From IMG/VR virus record IMGVR_UViG_3300005259_000078, positions 1 through 53,659 of that record: a DNA stretch of 53,659 bases; one strand, given 5' to 3'. The notes under the pieces were generated by a model. The model was not told the DNA's origin and did not search any database. It worked only from the letters and a program-made list of their open reading frames with translations. This document shows positions 18,441 through 27,865 of the stretch, piece after piece; the first letter of the stretch is position 1; the number at the start of each line of letters is the position of its first letter. This DNA comes from a virus (Duplodnaviria > Caudoviricetes). The translations under genes and the position numbers were made by a program.

Positions 18441-19160
18441 TTAAATTTTATGGCCTCTGCCGCAAATCCGTTCGTAAATGTGATCCATGATCTCGTCTCT
18501 GAATTCCGCCACCTGGCGCCGGTTTGCGCCCAGGAATGGACGGGCCGGATCCCGGACGGTGATCTGGCGTGTGCCTCTGCCGCATTTTTCCAGCAACGCC
18601 TGGATAATCGCGTTGGCTGATTTTCTGGGCACCAGCGTCATGATCTCCTGGTAACCCGGGGTGGCGCCGCGGTGGGTCATGCCCAGACGGTATAGCATTG
18701 CCGCCTGGTTGACCGTACAGCCGGGCTGACCGAATATGGTTTGCCGCGGCTTGAGCTTATGCAGCGTGCTCATGTCCAGATCTTTTTTATAATTGACGAT
18801 CTTGACGTTGAGGCGCTCTGTCAGTCCTTTTTGATGGCGGTTGGCGATGGCGCCGGTCATTTGATTGAAATAGGTGATCGTCGCTTCATCATCCCCCATC
18901 CATACGCCCAAAAATTTCCGCTTGGCCAGGCTCTTCAGCAGCGGCGGATTGCCCTTTTTCTTTCGCTTGCGCGGCACAAACGGTTGACCGTCGACCGTCT
19001 GTTGCCGGCGGATATTGTCCGCTGACTGGCGAATGATCCGCCGTGCCATGCGCCCCAGATAACGCCGTTGCAGATCCGGGCCCAGCAGCAACAGCCGTTC
19101 CATTGACGCCTGGACCTCTTTCCAGCCTTCCGTTTGGGCAAACATGTTAGACTTGGGCAT
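18441..19160 (-). CDS. virion morphogenesis/tail completion protein (gpS-like)
   Basis: NIRRQQTVDGQPF.PRK and PARPFLG. Confidence 0.8.
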   Translation of the reverse strand: MPKSNMFAQTEGWKEVQASMERLLLLGPDLQRRYLGRMARRIIRQSADNIRRQQTVDGQPFVPRKRKKKGNPPLLKSLAKRKFLGVWMGDDEATITYFNQMTGAIANRHQKGLTERLNVKIVNYKKDLDMSTLHKLKPRQTIFGQPGCTVNQAAMLYRLGMTHRGATPGYQEIMTLVPRKSANAIIQALLEKCGRGTRQITVRDPARPFLGANRRQVAEFRDEIMDHIYERICGRGHKI

Positions 19161-19623
19161 CGTTCACCGTCCCCGCTTCGGCCACATTGACCGCGTATTC
19201 CGCCACGGTCCACGCCTTGCCGTTCCAGTTGACATTGCCTTTGCCGTCTGCCGCCGGCGCCAGATAAACCGGATCGAGAAATTCGACCGTTACCACCACA
19301 TCCAGGGTTTTATCATCCAGGGCGACCGCCTGAATCTGCGGATCCGCCAGCTTGAAGTCGTAGCGGACATCGTCGTTTTCGTCCAGCCATGCTTTAACCA
19401 GCACCGCCAGAACCGGCAGCGACGCCAGGCTCAGCCGCTCAACGTAAAGGACGCCCCGGTACCGGAAGTTGGCGAACCAGTAGCCTTTGACGGTCTGCTG
19501 GTGCCCCCCGTCGCCGACCGTGAAATCTTCGATTTCCGTGTCGATCTGCTCGGGACGGATCTTTAGCGTTGACGCTTGAGTCTGGAGGTATGCGCAAAGT
19601 TCGTTGAAACGACTGCGTATCAT
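19147..19623 (-). CDS. tail completion protein (gpR-like)
   Basis: Synteny after L; LV.AWL.END..R pattern. Confidence 0.7.
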   Translation of the reverse strand: MIRSRFNELCAYLQTQASTLKIRPEQIDTEIEDFTVGDGGHQQTVKGYWFANFRYRGVLYVERLSLASLPVLAVLVKAWLDENDDVRYDFKLADPQIQAVALDDKTLDVVVTVEFLDPVYLAPAADGKGNVNWNGKAWTVAEYAVNVAEAGTVNDAQV

Positions 19624-19683
19624 AGTGACCTCTGTTTTCCGTCCCCGCCGTTTTCCGGTACCGGGGCAAATTGATTAAAGTTT

Positions 19684-20151
19684 TTATAACAGTTCGATGC
19701 TGATCCGCTTCATGCCGGTGATACTGCGGAGCGCGGCCGCCGCCCACTCGCGATATTTCGCCTCGGTTTCCGGACTGGTCTTGGCCGCGTTTTCCGCCTT
19801 GTCCTTGCGTTCGACCGTCTCGGTCTCCTTCAGCAGCTCGGCTTTGGCTTCGCAATAAACCGCCCGTTCCCACAACAGCGTCAATTTACCGACGCCGTCG
19901 ATCGTATCCTGCGGCACTGTCGCCAACGTGGCATATCCCGACGCCGTTTGCGCCATTTTCCATTCGGCCAGCGCCTCGATGACGCGCACGATCGCCTGGC
20001 GCAGATAATCCGTGACCGTCGATTCCGGCAACTCCGCCGGGATCCGATAGACTTCGTAAAATTTCGCGGTCGGAATCACCGGCCAGAAACTGCCGCAATT
20101 GATATCGTGGTTCTCCGGCGTGGTTGCGCTGCTGCCCCATTCGTTGGCCAT
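19684..20151 (-). CDS. head completion/stabilisation protein (gpL-like)
   Basis: FWP.I...F...YRIP, RAVYC.AKA.L. Confidence 0.82.
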   Translation of the reverse strand: MANEWGSSATTPENHDINCGSFWPVIPTAKFYEVYRIPAELPESTVTDYLRQAIVRVIEALAEWKMAQTASGYATLATVPQDTIDGVGKLTLLWERAVYCEAKAELLKETETVERKDKAENAAKTSPETEAKYREWAAAALRSITGMKRISIELL

Positions 20152-20246
20152 TAATTCACCTGGTTAAAGGCGGTTGGAGGTGGCGCGGCAATTGCCCGGT
20201 TCGTGTCAGACCGAACTACCGGCGCCCCCTCCGCCCGCGGGTGGAG

Positions 20247-20972
20247 TTATTCCGTTGCGCTGCCCGGCGCGTGCCGGGCGGCATCCATTCTGATCGCGAT
20301 CTCTTTTTCCAGTTCCGCCTTGACCGTTTTTACCTGGGCTTTCTGCGGACTGTAACGCTCCGCTTCCTTGTACAGCGCCAGCGCCCGTTCCGGATCCCCT
20401 GCTTTTCTGGTTTCACCGGCCGCGATCTTGCAATACTTCATTTTGATCTCATCATGCACCGGCCAGACGATCACCGCTTCGAACATCCGGTCGAAATACG
20501 GCTGGATCGGATCATTGACGGCACGTTGCGTTTTTACCCAGTCCAGGACCGCGTCCGCGACGAAAGTGACAACGTCACGTCCAAAGCGTTCCGGCATCGG
20601 CTGTTTCTGTTCGATCGCAACCGCGGCCAGCTTCAGCGCGGTTTCGATGTCGCCCACGTCGAAACACCAGACCATGATCCGGATCAGCACTTCATTCTGG
20701 TAGACCTGATCGCCGGCCAGATATGCCTCGACCACTTTCATCCAGCCCGGCAGCAGGTCACGCTTCAACGCGGTTCTGGCTTCGCCCTGGGGCAAGGCCG
20801 AAAGGCGGTTGCAGTCGTTTTCCAGCGCCACCAGCAACAGTTCGTGGCGGGCCTTATCGGCCGCCAGCTGCTTGATGGTATCCGTTTCCTGATTTTTCAG
20901 GGCGGCTTCAGTTTTGACTACAGCTTGCTGCTGCAGGACGCGTTCGCGATGTTGCCAGGCCGGACTAGTCAT
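20247..20972 (-). CDS. terminase small subunit (gpM-like)
   Basis: MTSPA..HR, MVWCFDVGD...AL, MPERFGRD. Confidence 0.88.
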   Translation of the reverse strand: MTSPAWQHRERVLQQQAVVKTEAALKNQETDTIKQLAADKARHELLLVALENDCNRLSALPQGEARTALKRDLLPGWMKVVEAYLAGDQVYQNEVLIRIMVWCFDVGDIETALKLAAVAIEQKQPMPERFGRDVVTFVADAVLDWVKTQRAVNDPIQPYFDRMFEAVIVWPVHDEIKMKYCKIAAGETRKAGDPERALALYKEAERYSPQKAQVKTVKAELEKEIAIRMDAARHAPGSATE

Positions 20973-20982
20973 GGTCTATCTC

Positions 20983-21990
20983 CTAAACAAACTGTACGTT
21001 GGCGGCTTCGATAGCAGCGGCGGCATCCAGGTCGCCAACCACATAAGCCTCGTTCTGGCTGATGAAGTCGACAATCCGATTGTAATCCGGCTGATCCTTC
21101 GACTGACGGCGCAAGCTGGAAGTCTGCCAATAGATTTGCAGATTTTTCGGGTCGGTCACCAGCACACCGTTAGCCGGAAAGCCGGGAACAGTCGCGGACT
21201 TATAACCGCCGAACGACTTGGAAAGAATATCGAAATGCGCGATTTCGGACGGTTTTTCCCCTTGAGCAGCCAGAATCTTGTTCATGTCATGACTGACCAG
21301 GCCGCGGCCGATGATCGCGATTTCGTTGCCGGTCCGGTGTTCGTCCGGGATCAGGCTGCCCACGTCATAGACCAGCTGGTTAACATTCTGATAGTCGCCG
21401 GTGGCGCCGATCTTGATTTTGCCGGAGCCTGCCGCACCTTCCAACATATAATTAGCGGCCCGGTTGGTCTTCAAATCGCAGAGCCAGCCTTTGTTGACGT
21501 CCTGCAGCTGACTATTGACAGCCCGGTCAGTAGCGGTCGCTGCCGAAGTACCCATCCAGCCGATCAGGATCCGGTCCAGCGCGATGCGCTGATAAATCGC
21601 ATTCATGTAGCGGGTCTGAAAATCAGAATAACGCGCCCAGGCGTCAAGCAACGCATAGGTAATACCCACGTCGAATTCGGTAATCTGGCAGAGATACTGG
21701 CGTCCGTCCGGATCTCCCGCCATGGTCGGCTTGCGCGGATTGTTGTCGCTGACGTTAGTCCGCTTGGCCACGGTGGACGGGATGGTCATGGTGACGACTT
21801 CGCCCATGATGTCTTCCACCGGAATGACCGAGATCAGCTGCAGGAACGCGCTGGACGCCTGAACCTTGTCGTTCAAGGTTTGTGCCATCGGCGTGGTGGC
21901 CGAAAACTGGCGGTTGATATCGGAGCAGTCATACGCCTTGGCCATTTTGGCCAGCATGGCATTATATTTGACCTGAGTCTCACGTCTCAT
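20983..21990 (-). CDS. major capsid protein (P2 gpN family)
   Basis: SS.FL..I, LDAWA, IALDRI.IGW.G, LQDVNKGWL, NL.IY.Q..S.RR, NEAYVV. Confidence 0.95.
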   Translation of the reverse strand: MRRETQVKYNAMLAKMAKAYDCSDINRQFSATTPMAQTLNDKVQASSAFLQLISVIPVEDIMGEVVTMTIPSTVAKRTNVSDNNPRKPTMAGDPDGRQYLCQITEFDVGITYALLDAWARYSDFQTRYMNAIYQRIALDRILIGWMGTSAATATDRAVNSQLQDVNKGWLCDLKTNRAANYMLEGAAGSGKIKIGATGDYQNVNQLVYDVGSLIPDEHRTGNEIAIIGRGLVSHDMNKILAAQGEKPSEIAHFDILSKSFGGYKSATVPGFPANGVLVTDPKNLQIYWQTSSLRRQSKDQPDYNRIVDFISQNEAYVVGDLDAAAAIEAANVQFV

Positions 21991-22017
21991 AATGAAAATT
22001 TCCTTTCTTCTTTACGC

Positions 22018-22881
22018 TTAAACAAACTGTTCAGCGTCATCGGCGGCGCCGGTGTCTTTGCCGAAATTCTGGCCGTTCTTGCCGTTCAGCGCTTCATCAA
22101 GCTTGTCGGCCACTCCCTTGAGCTGGGTGCCGAACTGGGTCAGCTGTTCGCCGAACTGCTTGGCAAAATCAGCGGATTCGGCCGATTTTTCCTTGGTCTT
22201 TTCTGTCTCTGCCGGCTTTTCTTCTGCGCTTTTGCCGTTGCCGGCGGCCAGCTTTTCGATGGCCGGGAGCAATTTGCCGAACGCGTCCTGAATCGCCTGA
22301 TTGCCGGTCTGCAGCACCTTGAACTGTTCTTCCGTCATATCCGTATCCCCTTTATGGTTGTTGTTTTTGCCGAAAATTTTGAGCAAGGCGGCTTCCACTG
22401 TCTGCAGCATGTTTTTTTCCGGCAGCGGCGCCGGAGTCAGAGCGGCCGCTTCCAGCGGCTGGCTGTAGATCTGCTTCTTGTCATCTTTGGCGCTGAACCG
22501 GGCGCAGGTAGTGCCCAGGCTGGCGGGGTTGTCGGTCGCGGCCAGGCCGGTCAGGTAAGTTTTGCCGGTACCGGCAAAGTTCGGTTGCAGCTCCATGCTG
22601 AAAAACAGCTTCATGTCCGAGTAATTGTACGAAAGGTAGTAATTGTTCGGGCGGATCTGCGCCTGCAGGCAGGTGCGGCCGCGTTCGTCCTTGGCCGTCC
22701 GCAACGCTTCTACTGTGCCCAGGTTGCCGTAAGCGTGATCGACATTGACCACGGCGCAGTAATTCTTCGGATCATATGACGCCGCAACGTCGATCAGATC
22801 CTGTTCGGAAATTTCCCGGCCGTCAATGGTTGGACCGGACGTTCCGATCGTCAGCCAGTCAGTCAGCAATTGTCCCGGCAT
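22018..22881 (-). CDS. capsid scaffolding protein/protease (gpO)
   Basis: G.TIDGREI, YL.GLAATD.PASLGT. Confidence 0.93.
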   Translation of the reverse strand: MPGQLLTDWLTIGTSGPTIDGREISEQDLIDVAASYDPKNYCAVVNVDHAYGNLGTVEALRTAKDERGRTCLQAQIRPNNYYLSYNYSDMKLFFSMELQPNFAGTGKTYLTGLAATDNPASLGTTCARFSAKDDKKQIYSQPLEAAALTPAPLPEKNMLQTVEAALLKIFGKNNNHKGDTDMTEEQFKVLQTGNQAIQDAFGKLLPAIEKLAAGNGKSAEEKPAETEKTKEKSAESADFAKQFGEQLTQFGTQLKGVADKLDEALNGKNGQNFGKDTGAADDAEQFV

Positions 22882-22983
22882 TTTATTCCCCCCGGTTAAA
22901 AATGATTTTTGATTGCATTTATCATCATGGCAATGATTTTACTGGATTTTTAATGCAGTCGCAAGTGTCTTATTTTGTTGCCA

Positions 22984-23008
22984 TTTGTGATTTTTTAAAT
23001 ATCACAAA
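22984..23008. promoter_or_regulatory. inverted repeat between divergent late genes (candidate Ogr activator site)
   Basis: TTTGTGAT-N9-ATCACAAA in the O/P intergenic region. Confidence 0.45.
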
Positions 23009-23076
23009 GCAGCACAATTTAGTCACTGAAAAAATTAAAAAAAACAGCTTATAATGGAGGAAAAACAGGGGGCAAC

Positions 23077-24834
23077 GTGAAATATACGGACGAGCAGCGC
23101 GATCAGGCCAAAGCGCTCTATCTTGACGGCAATTCCGTGCCGGAGATCGAGGCGCAATTGAACATCGAACGCCGGACCATCTATAACTGGATCAAAGCCG
23201 ACAACTGGAACGCCGGACTATTCCGCGACGATCCGCTGTCCACTATCCGGCGCCGGATCCGCGTCCTGGTCGAACGTGAAAGCAAGACCGCCCTGGAACT
23301 CGACGAATTAGACCGCCTGATCCGGCATTTGCCCAGCCTCGAAAAACTCCAGGCCAAGACCGTGGCGCCGTCTGATGGCGCTGACCCGGGCGACCCGGGC
23401 GAAAAAACTGATCGCAAGCGCGAAAAGAAAACCAGGAAGAACGATTTCCGGGCAATCGACGACGACGAGCTGCTGGCTAAATTTATGAACGGCTTGTTCG
23501 CGTACCAGGTTGACTGCTGGGAACACCGCGACGAGAAGATCCGCAACATTTTAAAGTCGCGCCAGATCGGCATGACCTTTTACTTTGCCCGGGAGGCGTT
23601 CACCGATGCGCTGTTGACCGGCGACAACCAGATCTTCATCAGTGCCAGCCGCGCCCAGGCGGACGTTTTCCGGCAGTACATCAAAGGCTTTGCCCGGGAA
23701 TGGTACGGCGTTGAACTCAAAGGCAAAGACACGATCGAGCTGGTGACCAAACACGGAGTGGCGACACTTTATTTCCTGAGTACCAACTCATCGACGGCGC
23801 AGTCGTATCACGGCCATCTTTATATCGACGAATATTTCTGGATCCCGAAATTCGACGTTTTGAAGAAAGTTGCCACCGGGATGGCCAGCCAGAAGAAATG
23901 GCGCATGACGTTCTTTTCCACGCCGTCCAGCAAATCGCACCGTGGTTATACCTATTGGTCGGGTGACGATTTCAACGAACGGATGAAGAACGCCAGCAAG
24001 CCGCTGGTGATTTTCCCGGACCGCGACGCCCTCCGCAAAGACGGAATCCGCTGCGCCGATCTGCAATGGCGCCGCATCATCACCATTCAGGACGCCGAAG
24101 CGGGAGGCTGTAATCTGTTCGACCTGGCCGATCTGCAGATCATCTACAATGAAGATGAGTTCCGCCAGTTGTTTGAATGCTATTTCATCGACGACACGGC
24201 CAGCGTGTTCAAATTTACCGAGCTGGAAAAGTGTCTCGCCGATCGCGAAGAGTTCGGCGGCTTCGATTACAATGCCGCGCTGCGCTATCTGCCGCCGGTC
24301 TGGATCGGCTACGATCCCAGCCGCAATCGTGACGGCGCGTGTATCGTGGTGATCGCGGCGCCGTTGACTCACAAAGGCAAGTTCCTGGTCCTGGAACGGA
24401 TCACCCTGCACAATGCCGCCTGGCAATATCAGGCCAATACGATCAAAGAATTGAAGGATCATTACAACGTCGAACACATTGCTGTCGATGTCACCGGTCC
24501 GGGCTCCGGAGTGCTGGAAATGGTGCAACGGTTTTATCCCGCGGCGGAAGCTATTTTCTACACGGCTGAAGTTAAAACAAAACTAGTGCTGAAAGCGCAA
24601 CAGGTAATCGGCGACAATCGGATCCAGTGGGATGCGTCCTGGTCGGACATCGCCGCCGGCTTCATGCAGATCCACCGCGGGGTCACTCAGGACAGCAAGA
24701 TCTGTTATTATGCCGACCGGTCGGAGAAGACCGGCCATGCCGACTCCGCCTGGGCGATCATGAACGCGCTGTCGCATGAAGACCTGATCCTGCCGGATGA
24801 CAAGGATAAATGTTCCTGGGCGTTTGCCAGTTAA
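23077..24834 (+). CDS. terminase large (ATPase) subunit (gpP)
   Basis: ILKSRQIG.T, QIF.SAS..QA, YIDEYFW, FSTPS, GYDPS, GHAD.AWA. Confidence 0.96.
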   Translation: MKYTDEQRDQAKALYLDGNSVPEIEAQLNIERRTIYNWIKADNWNAGLFRDDPLSTIRRRIRVLVERESKTALELDELDRLIRHLPSLEKLQAKTVAPSDGADPGDPGEKTDRKREKKTRKNDFRAIDDDELLAKFMNGLFAYQVDCWEHRDEKIRNILKSRQIGMTFYFAREAFTDALLTGDNQIFISASRAQADVFRQYIKGFAREWYGVELKGKDTIELVTKHGVATLYFLSTNSSTAQSYHGHLYIDEYFWIPKFDVLKKVATGMASQKKWRMTFFSTPSSKSHRGYTYWSGDDFNERMKNASKPLVIFPDRDALRKDGIRCADLQWRRIITIQDAEAGGCNLFDLADLQIIYNEDEFRQLFECYFIDDTASVFKFTELEKCLADREEFGGFDYNAALRYLPPVWIGYDPSRNRDGACIVVIAAPLTHKGKFLVLERITLHNAAWQYQANTIKELKDHYNVEHIAVDVTGPGSGVLEMVQRFYPAAEAIFYTAEVKTKLVLKAQQVIGDNRIQWDASWSDIAAGFMQIHRGVTQDSKICYYADRSEKTGHADSAWAIMNALSHEDLILPDDKDKCSWAFAS

Positions 24835-24890
24835 AACTATTGCGTTAAACCCATTTGGCTAATATATTATTAGATCAAGGAGGGTATGGG

Positions 24891-25163
24891 ATGCGGTTAA
24901 GATGTCCATATTGTCACCGCCGGATGGTGGTTAGCCACAGTCACGAGATCAGCGCGAGGCAGACTGACGTTTACGCCAACTGCACTAATCCGGAATGCCA
25001 CGCCCGGAGCGTGTTCCGGATCAGCCATGTCCACGATCTGACGCCGCCGGCATCGACGTTGCTTGATGCCCTGCATGAGATCCTGGCCAATCTGCCGGAC
25101 CAGGAACGCCGCGCCTTAGTGCAGCAATACGCCCCCGTTCCGGCCCAGCCAAAATTATTTTAA
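24891..25163 (+). CDS. Ogr/Delta-like zinc-finger late activator
   Basis: CPYC...CTNPEC, LTPP; GGAGG RBS before ATG 24891. Confidence 0.85.
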   Translation: MRLRCPYCHRRMVVSHSHEISARQTDVYANCTNPECHARSVFRISHVHDLTPPASTLLDALHEILANLPDQERRALVQQYAPVPAQPKLF

Positions 25164-25205
25164 CCGTCAAATCTCATCGGTGCTCCAGCTCCACGTCAGA
25201 CCGAA

Positions 25206-25553
25206 TCACAACTCCAATTGTTCGACGCTAATGCCCCAGGAATTGGCGATTTTTCGCGCCGTAAGCGGCTGCAGTTTTTCCGTTTTCTCCATCTGGCTCA
25301 AAGCGGCCTGAGTAATGCCGATCTTTGCCGCAGCATCCTTCTGGCTCATGCGCAAGTAGACGCGCCAGGCTTTGACCGCAGAATAATGTTTTTCAACCAT
25401 CATGGCCACCACTTCATGGGGGACTTCATCTGGCTGTAGTGCGCCGCCTTCCAACTGACTGCAGATTTTTTTGTACTGAGGATACGGGATCACGGCAAAC
25501 ATGGGAGCACCATTTTCCATAATCAACTGGACATTTTCAGTAAGTGCGTTCAT
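25206..25553 (-). CDS. XRE-HTH antitoxin
   Basis: P.FAVIPY..Y N-terminus; VKAWR....SQ..AA..IGITQAALSQME. Confidence 0.85.
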   Translation of the reverse strand: MNALTENVQLIMENGAPMFAVIPYPQYKKICSQLEGGALQPDEVPHEVVAMMVEKHYSAVKAWRVYLRMSQKDAAAKIGITQAALSQMEKTEKLQPLTARKIANSWGISVEQLEL

Positions 25554-25794
25554 CTCTCTTTTTTACCTCCTCAATTTGTACAACCCTGATTTCCTTCTCG
25601 CAATTGAACAAAATCCGGTAGTTGCCGACCCGGAGCCGATAATCATACTGGTAATTGACCAGTGCTTTGACATTATGCCATTTTTCACTATCGCCCAGAT
25701 CACATACTGCCGTGGTAATCCTGCGCCGATCCGGCGCGACGATCTTCAACAACTGCTTCACCGCTTTGACTTTCCAGTTCACTTTATATTGCAT
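25537..25794 (-). CDS. RelE/ParE-family toxin
   Basis: KAVKQL.KI, YRLRVGNYRILF, EVKKRDERTY. Confidence 0.9.
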   Translation of the reverse strand: MQYKVNWKVKAVKQLLKIVAPDRRRITTAVCDLGDSEKWHNVKALVNYQYDYRLRVGNYRILFNCEKEIRVVQIEEVKKRDERTY

Positions 25795-25818
25795 AGTTGT
25801 ATTGCCTCCGATAAAACT

Positions 25819-25847
25819 ATTATAAGGCCAAATATAACAAATATCAA
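25819..25847 (-). promoter_or_regulatory. promoter of the toxin-antitoxin operon
   Basis: TTGATA-N17-TATAAT; GGAGG RBS at 25805-25809. Confidence 0.7.
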
Positions 25848-25898
25848 TACTATTTACTTATTTTTTTATAAGTTTTTATCATAATGCAATCAGCAAAT

Positions 25899-25941
25899 AA
25901 AAAAGCCGATCGCGACTGAACTGTCGAAATGCGATCGGCTT
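25899..25941 (-). terminator. intrinsic terminator ending the early operon
   Basis: AAGCCGATCGC/GCGATCGGCTT stem followed by a U-run on the minus strand. Confidence 0.65.
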
Positions 25942-25966
25942 CGGACTGATAATTTACTACAGTGGA

Positions 25967-26176
25967 TTATTTCATAGCTTCCTCCTGACGGTTATCGGTG
26001 AACCATGCGTCAAAATCAGGGTTGACGACTGCCGGCAACGGTCGGTCGCGACGCCGATCGTAGAGATAGCCGCAGCACTGACATTTGACGATCAGGCCAG
26101 CTTGGTCAACAAACGCCGTTTCCGCCGGCGTTTCCCCGCCGCACCGGCTGCAGGTGATCATGATTCCGCAGCTCAT
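25967..26176 (-). CDS. small zinc-ribbon protein
   Basis: CSRC...CQCC; ATGA overlap with the upstream ORF. Confidence 0.6.
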   Translation of the reverse strand: MSCGIMITCSRCGGETPAETAFVDQAGLIVKCQCCGYLYDRRRDRPLPAVVNPDFDAWFTDNRQEEAMK

Positions 26177-26325
26177 GCCGTCTGTTCCTTGCTTTGTTTC
26201 GGCGGGACGCTATAGCATACCCGCTGCGTGAACTCTTCCTGCTTGCCTTTGTTCCAATTACAGATTGGCCGAAAATAACCACAGACCCGACTATAAACTT
26301 CAGTTTTCTTGCCGCATTTTGCCAT
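26173..26325 (-). CDS. stand-alone NrdD C-terminal glycyl-radical domain (50 aa; not in ORF track)
   Basis: MAKCGKKTEVYSRVCGYFRPICNWNKGKQEEFTQRVCYSVPPKQSKEQTA; AAGGA RBS. Confidence 0.85.
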   Translation of the reverse strand: MAKCGKKTEVYSRVCGYFRPICNWNKGKQEEFTQRVCYSVPPKQSKEQTA

Positions 26326-26346
26326 GATACTATTCCTTGGCTGAGG

Positions 26347-26595
26347 TTAAAACTTTTTGCCGTTATGTTCGATTTCCAGCAATTCAACTTCCTCCCGTTT
26401 CAAACCGGCGTAAATCCGGCATGTCACGCCATTGGCATCTTTCAACGGGATCGGGATGATGTTCTTGTCCAAATAGTCCATAATCAGTTTTTTATACTCC
26501 GGCAGATCTCCTTCCTGATATTCGCCATATTCAGCAACAAGGCGATCATCAATGTCAATAACGATCCGGACTTTGATGGCGGCTTTTATTTTCAT
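26347..26595 (-). CDS. hypothetical protein
   Basis: Operon packing, RBS. Confidence 0.55.
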   Translation of the reverse strand: MKIKAAIKVRIVIDIDDRLVAEYGEYQEGDLPEYKKLIMDYLDKNIIPIPLKDANGVTCRIYAGLKREEVELLEIEHNGKKF

Positions 26596-26598
26596 GAG

Positions 26599-26814
26599 TT
26601 ATTTTCCCTCCGCCTTATTTCCATTGGTTATCATTCCCCTGATCTCTGCCGCTGACTCTCGAGCCTCAATTCTGGCACCGGAAATCAGGTGAATAATTGT
26701 ATATGGTTCGCGGTAATCCCCCTCCCTGATCCACTCAATTTGATTGATCAATATGAAATATTCCCCGCCGTTAGGCGACGTTATTCTGATCATCGGGAAT
26801 TCGGGTTTTTTCAT
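26599..26814 (-). CDS. hypothetical protein
   Basis: Operon packing, AAGGA RBS. Confidence 0.55.
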   Translation of the reverse strand: MKKPEFPMIRITSPNGGEYFILINQIEWIREGDYREPYTIIHLISGARIEARESAAEIRGMITNGNKAEGK

Positions 26815-26826
26815 GGCTATCCTTAT

Positions 26827-27006
26827 CTATATTTTTGAGTTCTGACCGGTCAATTTCTGGATCCTTTGTTTTCGACGGCGCCAGAAGATCAGATCCATCA
26901 CTGGCGCCAGAGTTACCAGGATTACCAGCCAGACCGGCAGCAGCGCGGCGCTGATCACGCATTCGCCAACCGTATCCAGTGCCATAAGGGTTTTGTTAAA
27001 TTTCAT
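26827..27006 (-). CDS. 59-aa membrane protein (not in ORF track)
   Basis: MKFNKTLMALDTVGECVISAALLPVWLVILVTLAPVMDLIFWRRRKQR...; GAGG RBS in the repeat. Confidence 0.55.
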   Translation of the reverse strand: MKFNKTLMALDTVGECVISAALLPVWLVILVTLAPVMDLIFWRRRKQRIQKLTGQNSKI

Positions 27007-27014
27007 TTATAAGA

Positions 27015-27059
27015 CCTCTTGTTTATGGATGTCTTGTGGTGTTAGAACCGCAGTTTTTT
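27015..27059. repeat. 45-bp direct repeat, copy 1
   Basis: Identical to 27538-27582. Confidence 0.9.
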
Positions 27060-27266
27060 TTTAACTTCAATCTCATATGCGTCATTTCCAGCCGTAAGCG
27101 TCATTAACCCGTTGTATTCACGTATAATATGTTCGGCGACGACATGAATAGCAGGGTTAGTAACGTCACTTTTTTCTCCGCTCCAGTGATTTGCGCCGAG
27201 GCAGGCTCGCCCGATATAAATTCGGTTTGTCAGGGGAGATAAATCAATTTGCAAAACAGTTTTCAT
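27042..27266 (-). CDS. hypothetical phage protein
   Basis: LSPLTNRIYIGR...KSDVT; GGAGG RBS. Confidence 0.6.
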   Translation of the reverse strand: MKTVLQIDLSPLTNRIYIGRACLGANHWSGEKSDVTNPAIHVVAEHIIREYNGLMTLTAGNDAYEIEVKKKLRF

Positions 27267-27268
27267 TT

Positions 27269-27529
27269 TTATAGAACCTCCAGCTTTTTCAAAATCAGGT
27301 GAATTTTGCATTTTTCGCATACTTTGTAATTACACATAGCGCAATATTGACAGGCTCCATGCAGCGCCTCCAGCATTTCCGGAGCCGCGGCGATAAGGCG
27401 GGAATTATTTACCGCCCGCATTGTTCCTGCCGGTTCACATGTGGCGATCAGACTTAATTTTTCATCAGTTTCAGTTACCAGTCCTAGACGATCATTATAG
27501 CGCCACGGCCCCGGAGTAAAATTAATCAT
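27269..27529 (-). CDS. conserved phage early protein
   Basis: FTPGPW...RLIAAAPEMLEAL motif. Confidence 0.7.
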   Translation of the reverse strand: MINFTPGPWRYNDRLGLVTETDEKLSLIATCEPAGTMRAVNNSRLIAAAPEMLEALHGACQYCAMCNYKVCEKCKIHLILKKLEVL

Positions 27530-27537
27530 TTTTAAGG

Positions 27538-27582
27538 CCTCTTGTTTATGGATGTCTTGTGGTGTTAGAACCGCAGTTTTTT
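27538..27582. repeat. 45-bp direct repeat, copy 2
   Basis: Identical to 27015-27059. Confidence 0.9.
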
Positions 27583-27813
27583 AAATTCTGCGCAAAAACA
27601 GTTTTCCGTCGTTCCATCAATTAATGCCGGCATAACTTGGAAAATAAGGTCGGCTCCTTTTTCATTGGCAATTTCGTTGCAAGCTTCGATAAACGAATCA
27701 GTGGAAAATGGCGACTTGGCGGACTCCGGAAGTGCGTCTGCTTTTTGTTTAAGGCGTTCCACTACCATTTCAGCGGTGACATATTTGACTTTGGACGTGA
27801 TTGAAAATTTCAT
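27565..27813 (-). CDS. hypothetical protein
   Basis: AAGGA RBS; ends KKLRF inside the repeat. Confidence 0.55.
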   Translation of the reverse strand: MKFSITSKVKYVTAEMVVERLKQKADALPESAKSPFSTDSFIEACNEIANEKGADLIFQVMPALIDGTTENCFCAEFKKLRF

Positions 27814-27865
27814 TTTTATCCTTTGGGTTCGGCCGGACCGCATTCGGATCCGGCCGGGTTGATGA

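Noticed and set aside
20914-22779. 621-aa + strand ORF
   Set aside because: Antisense shadow of the capsid and scaffold genes
26106-26387. 93-aa ORF from the track
   Set aside because: A different frame (26325-26173) has the RBS and the NrdD motif
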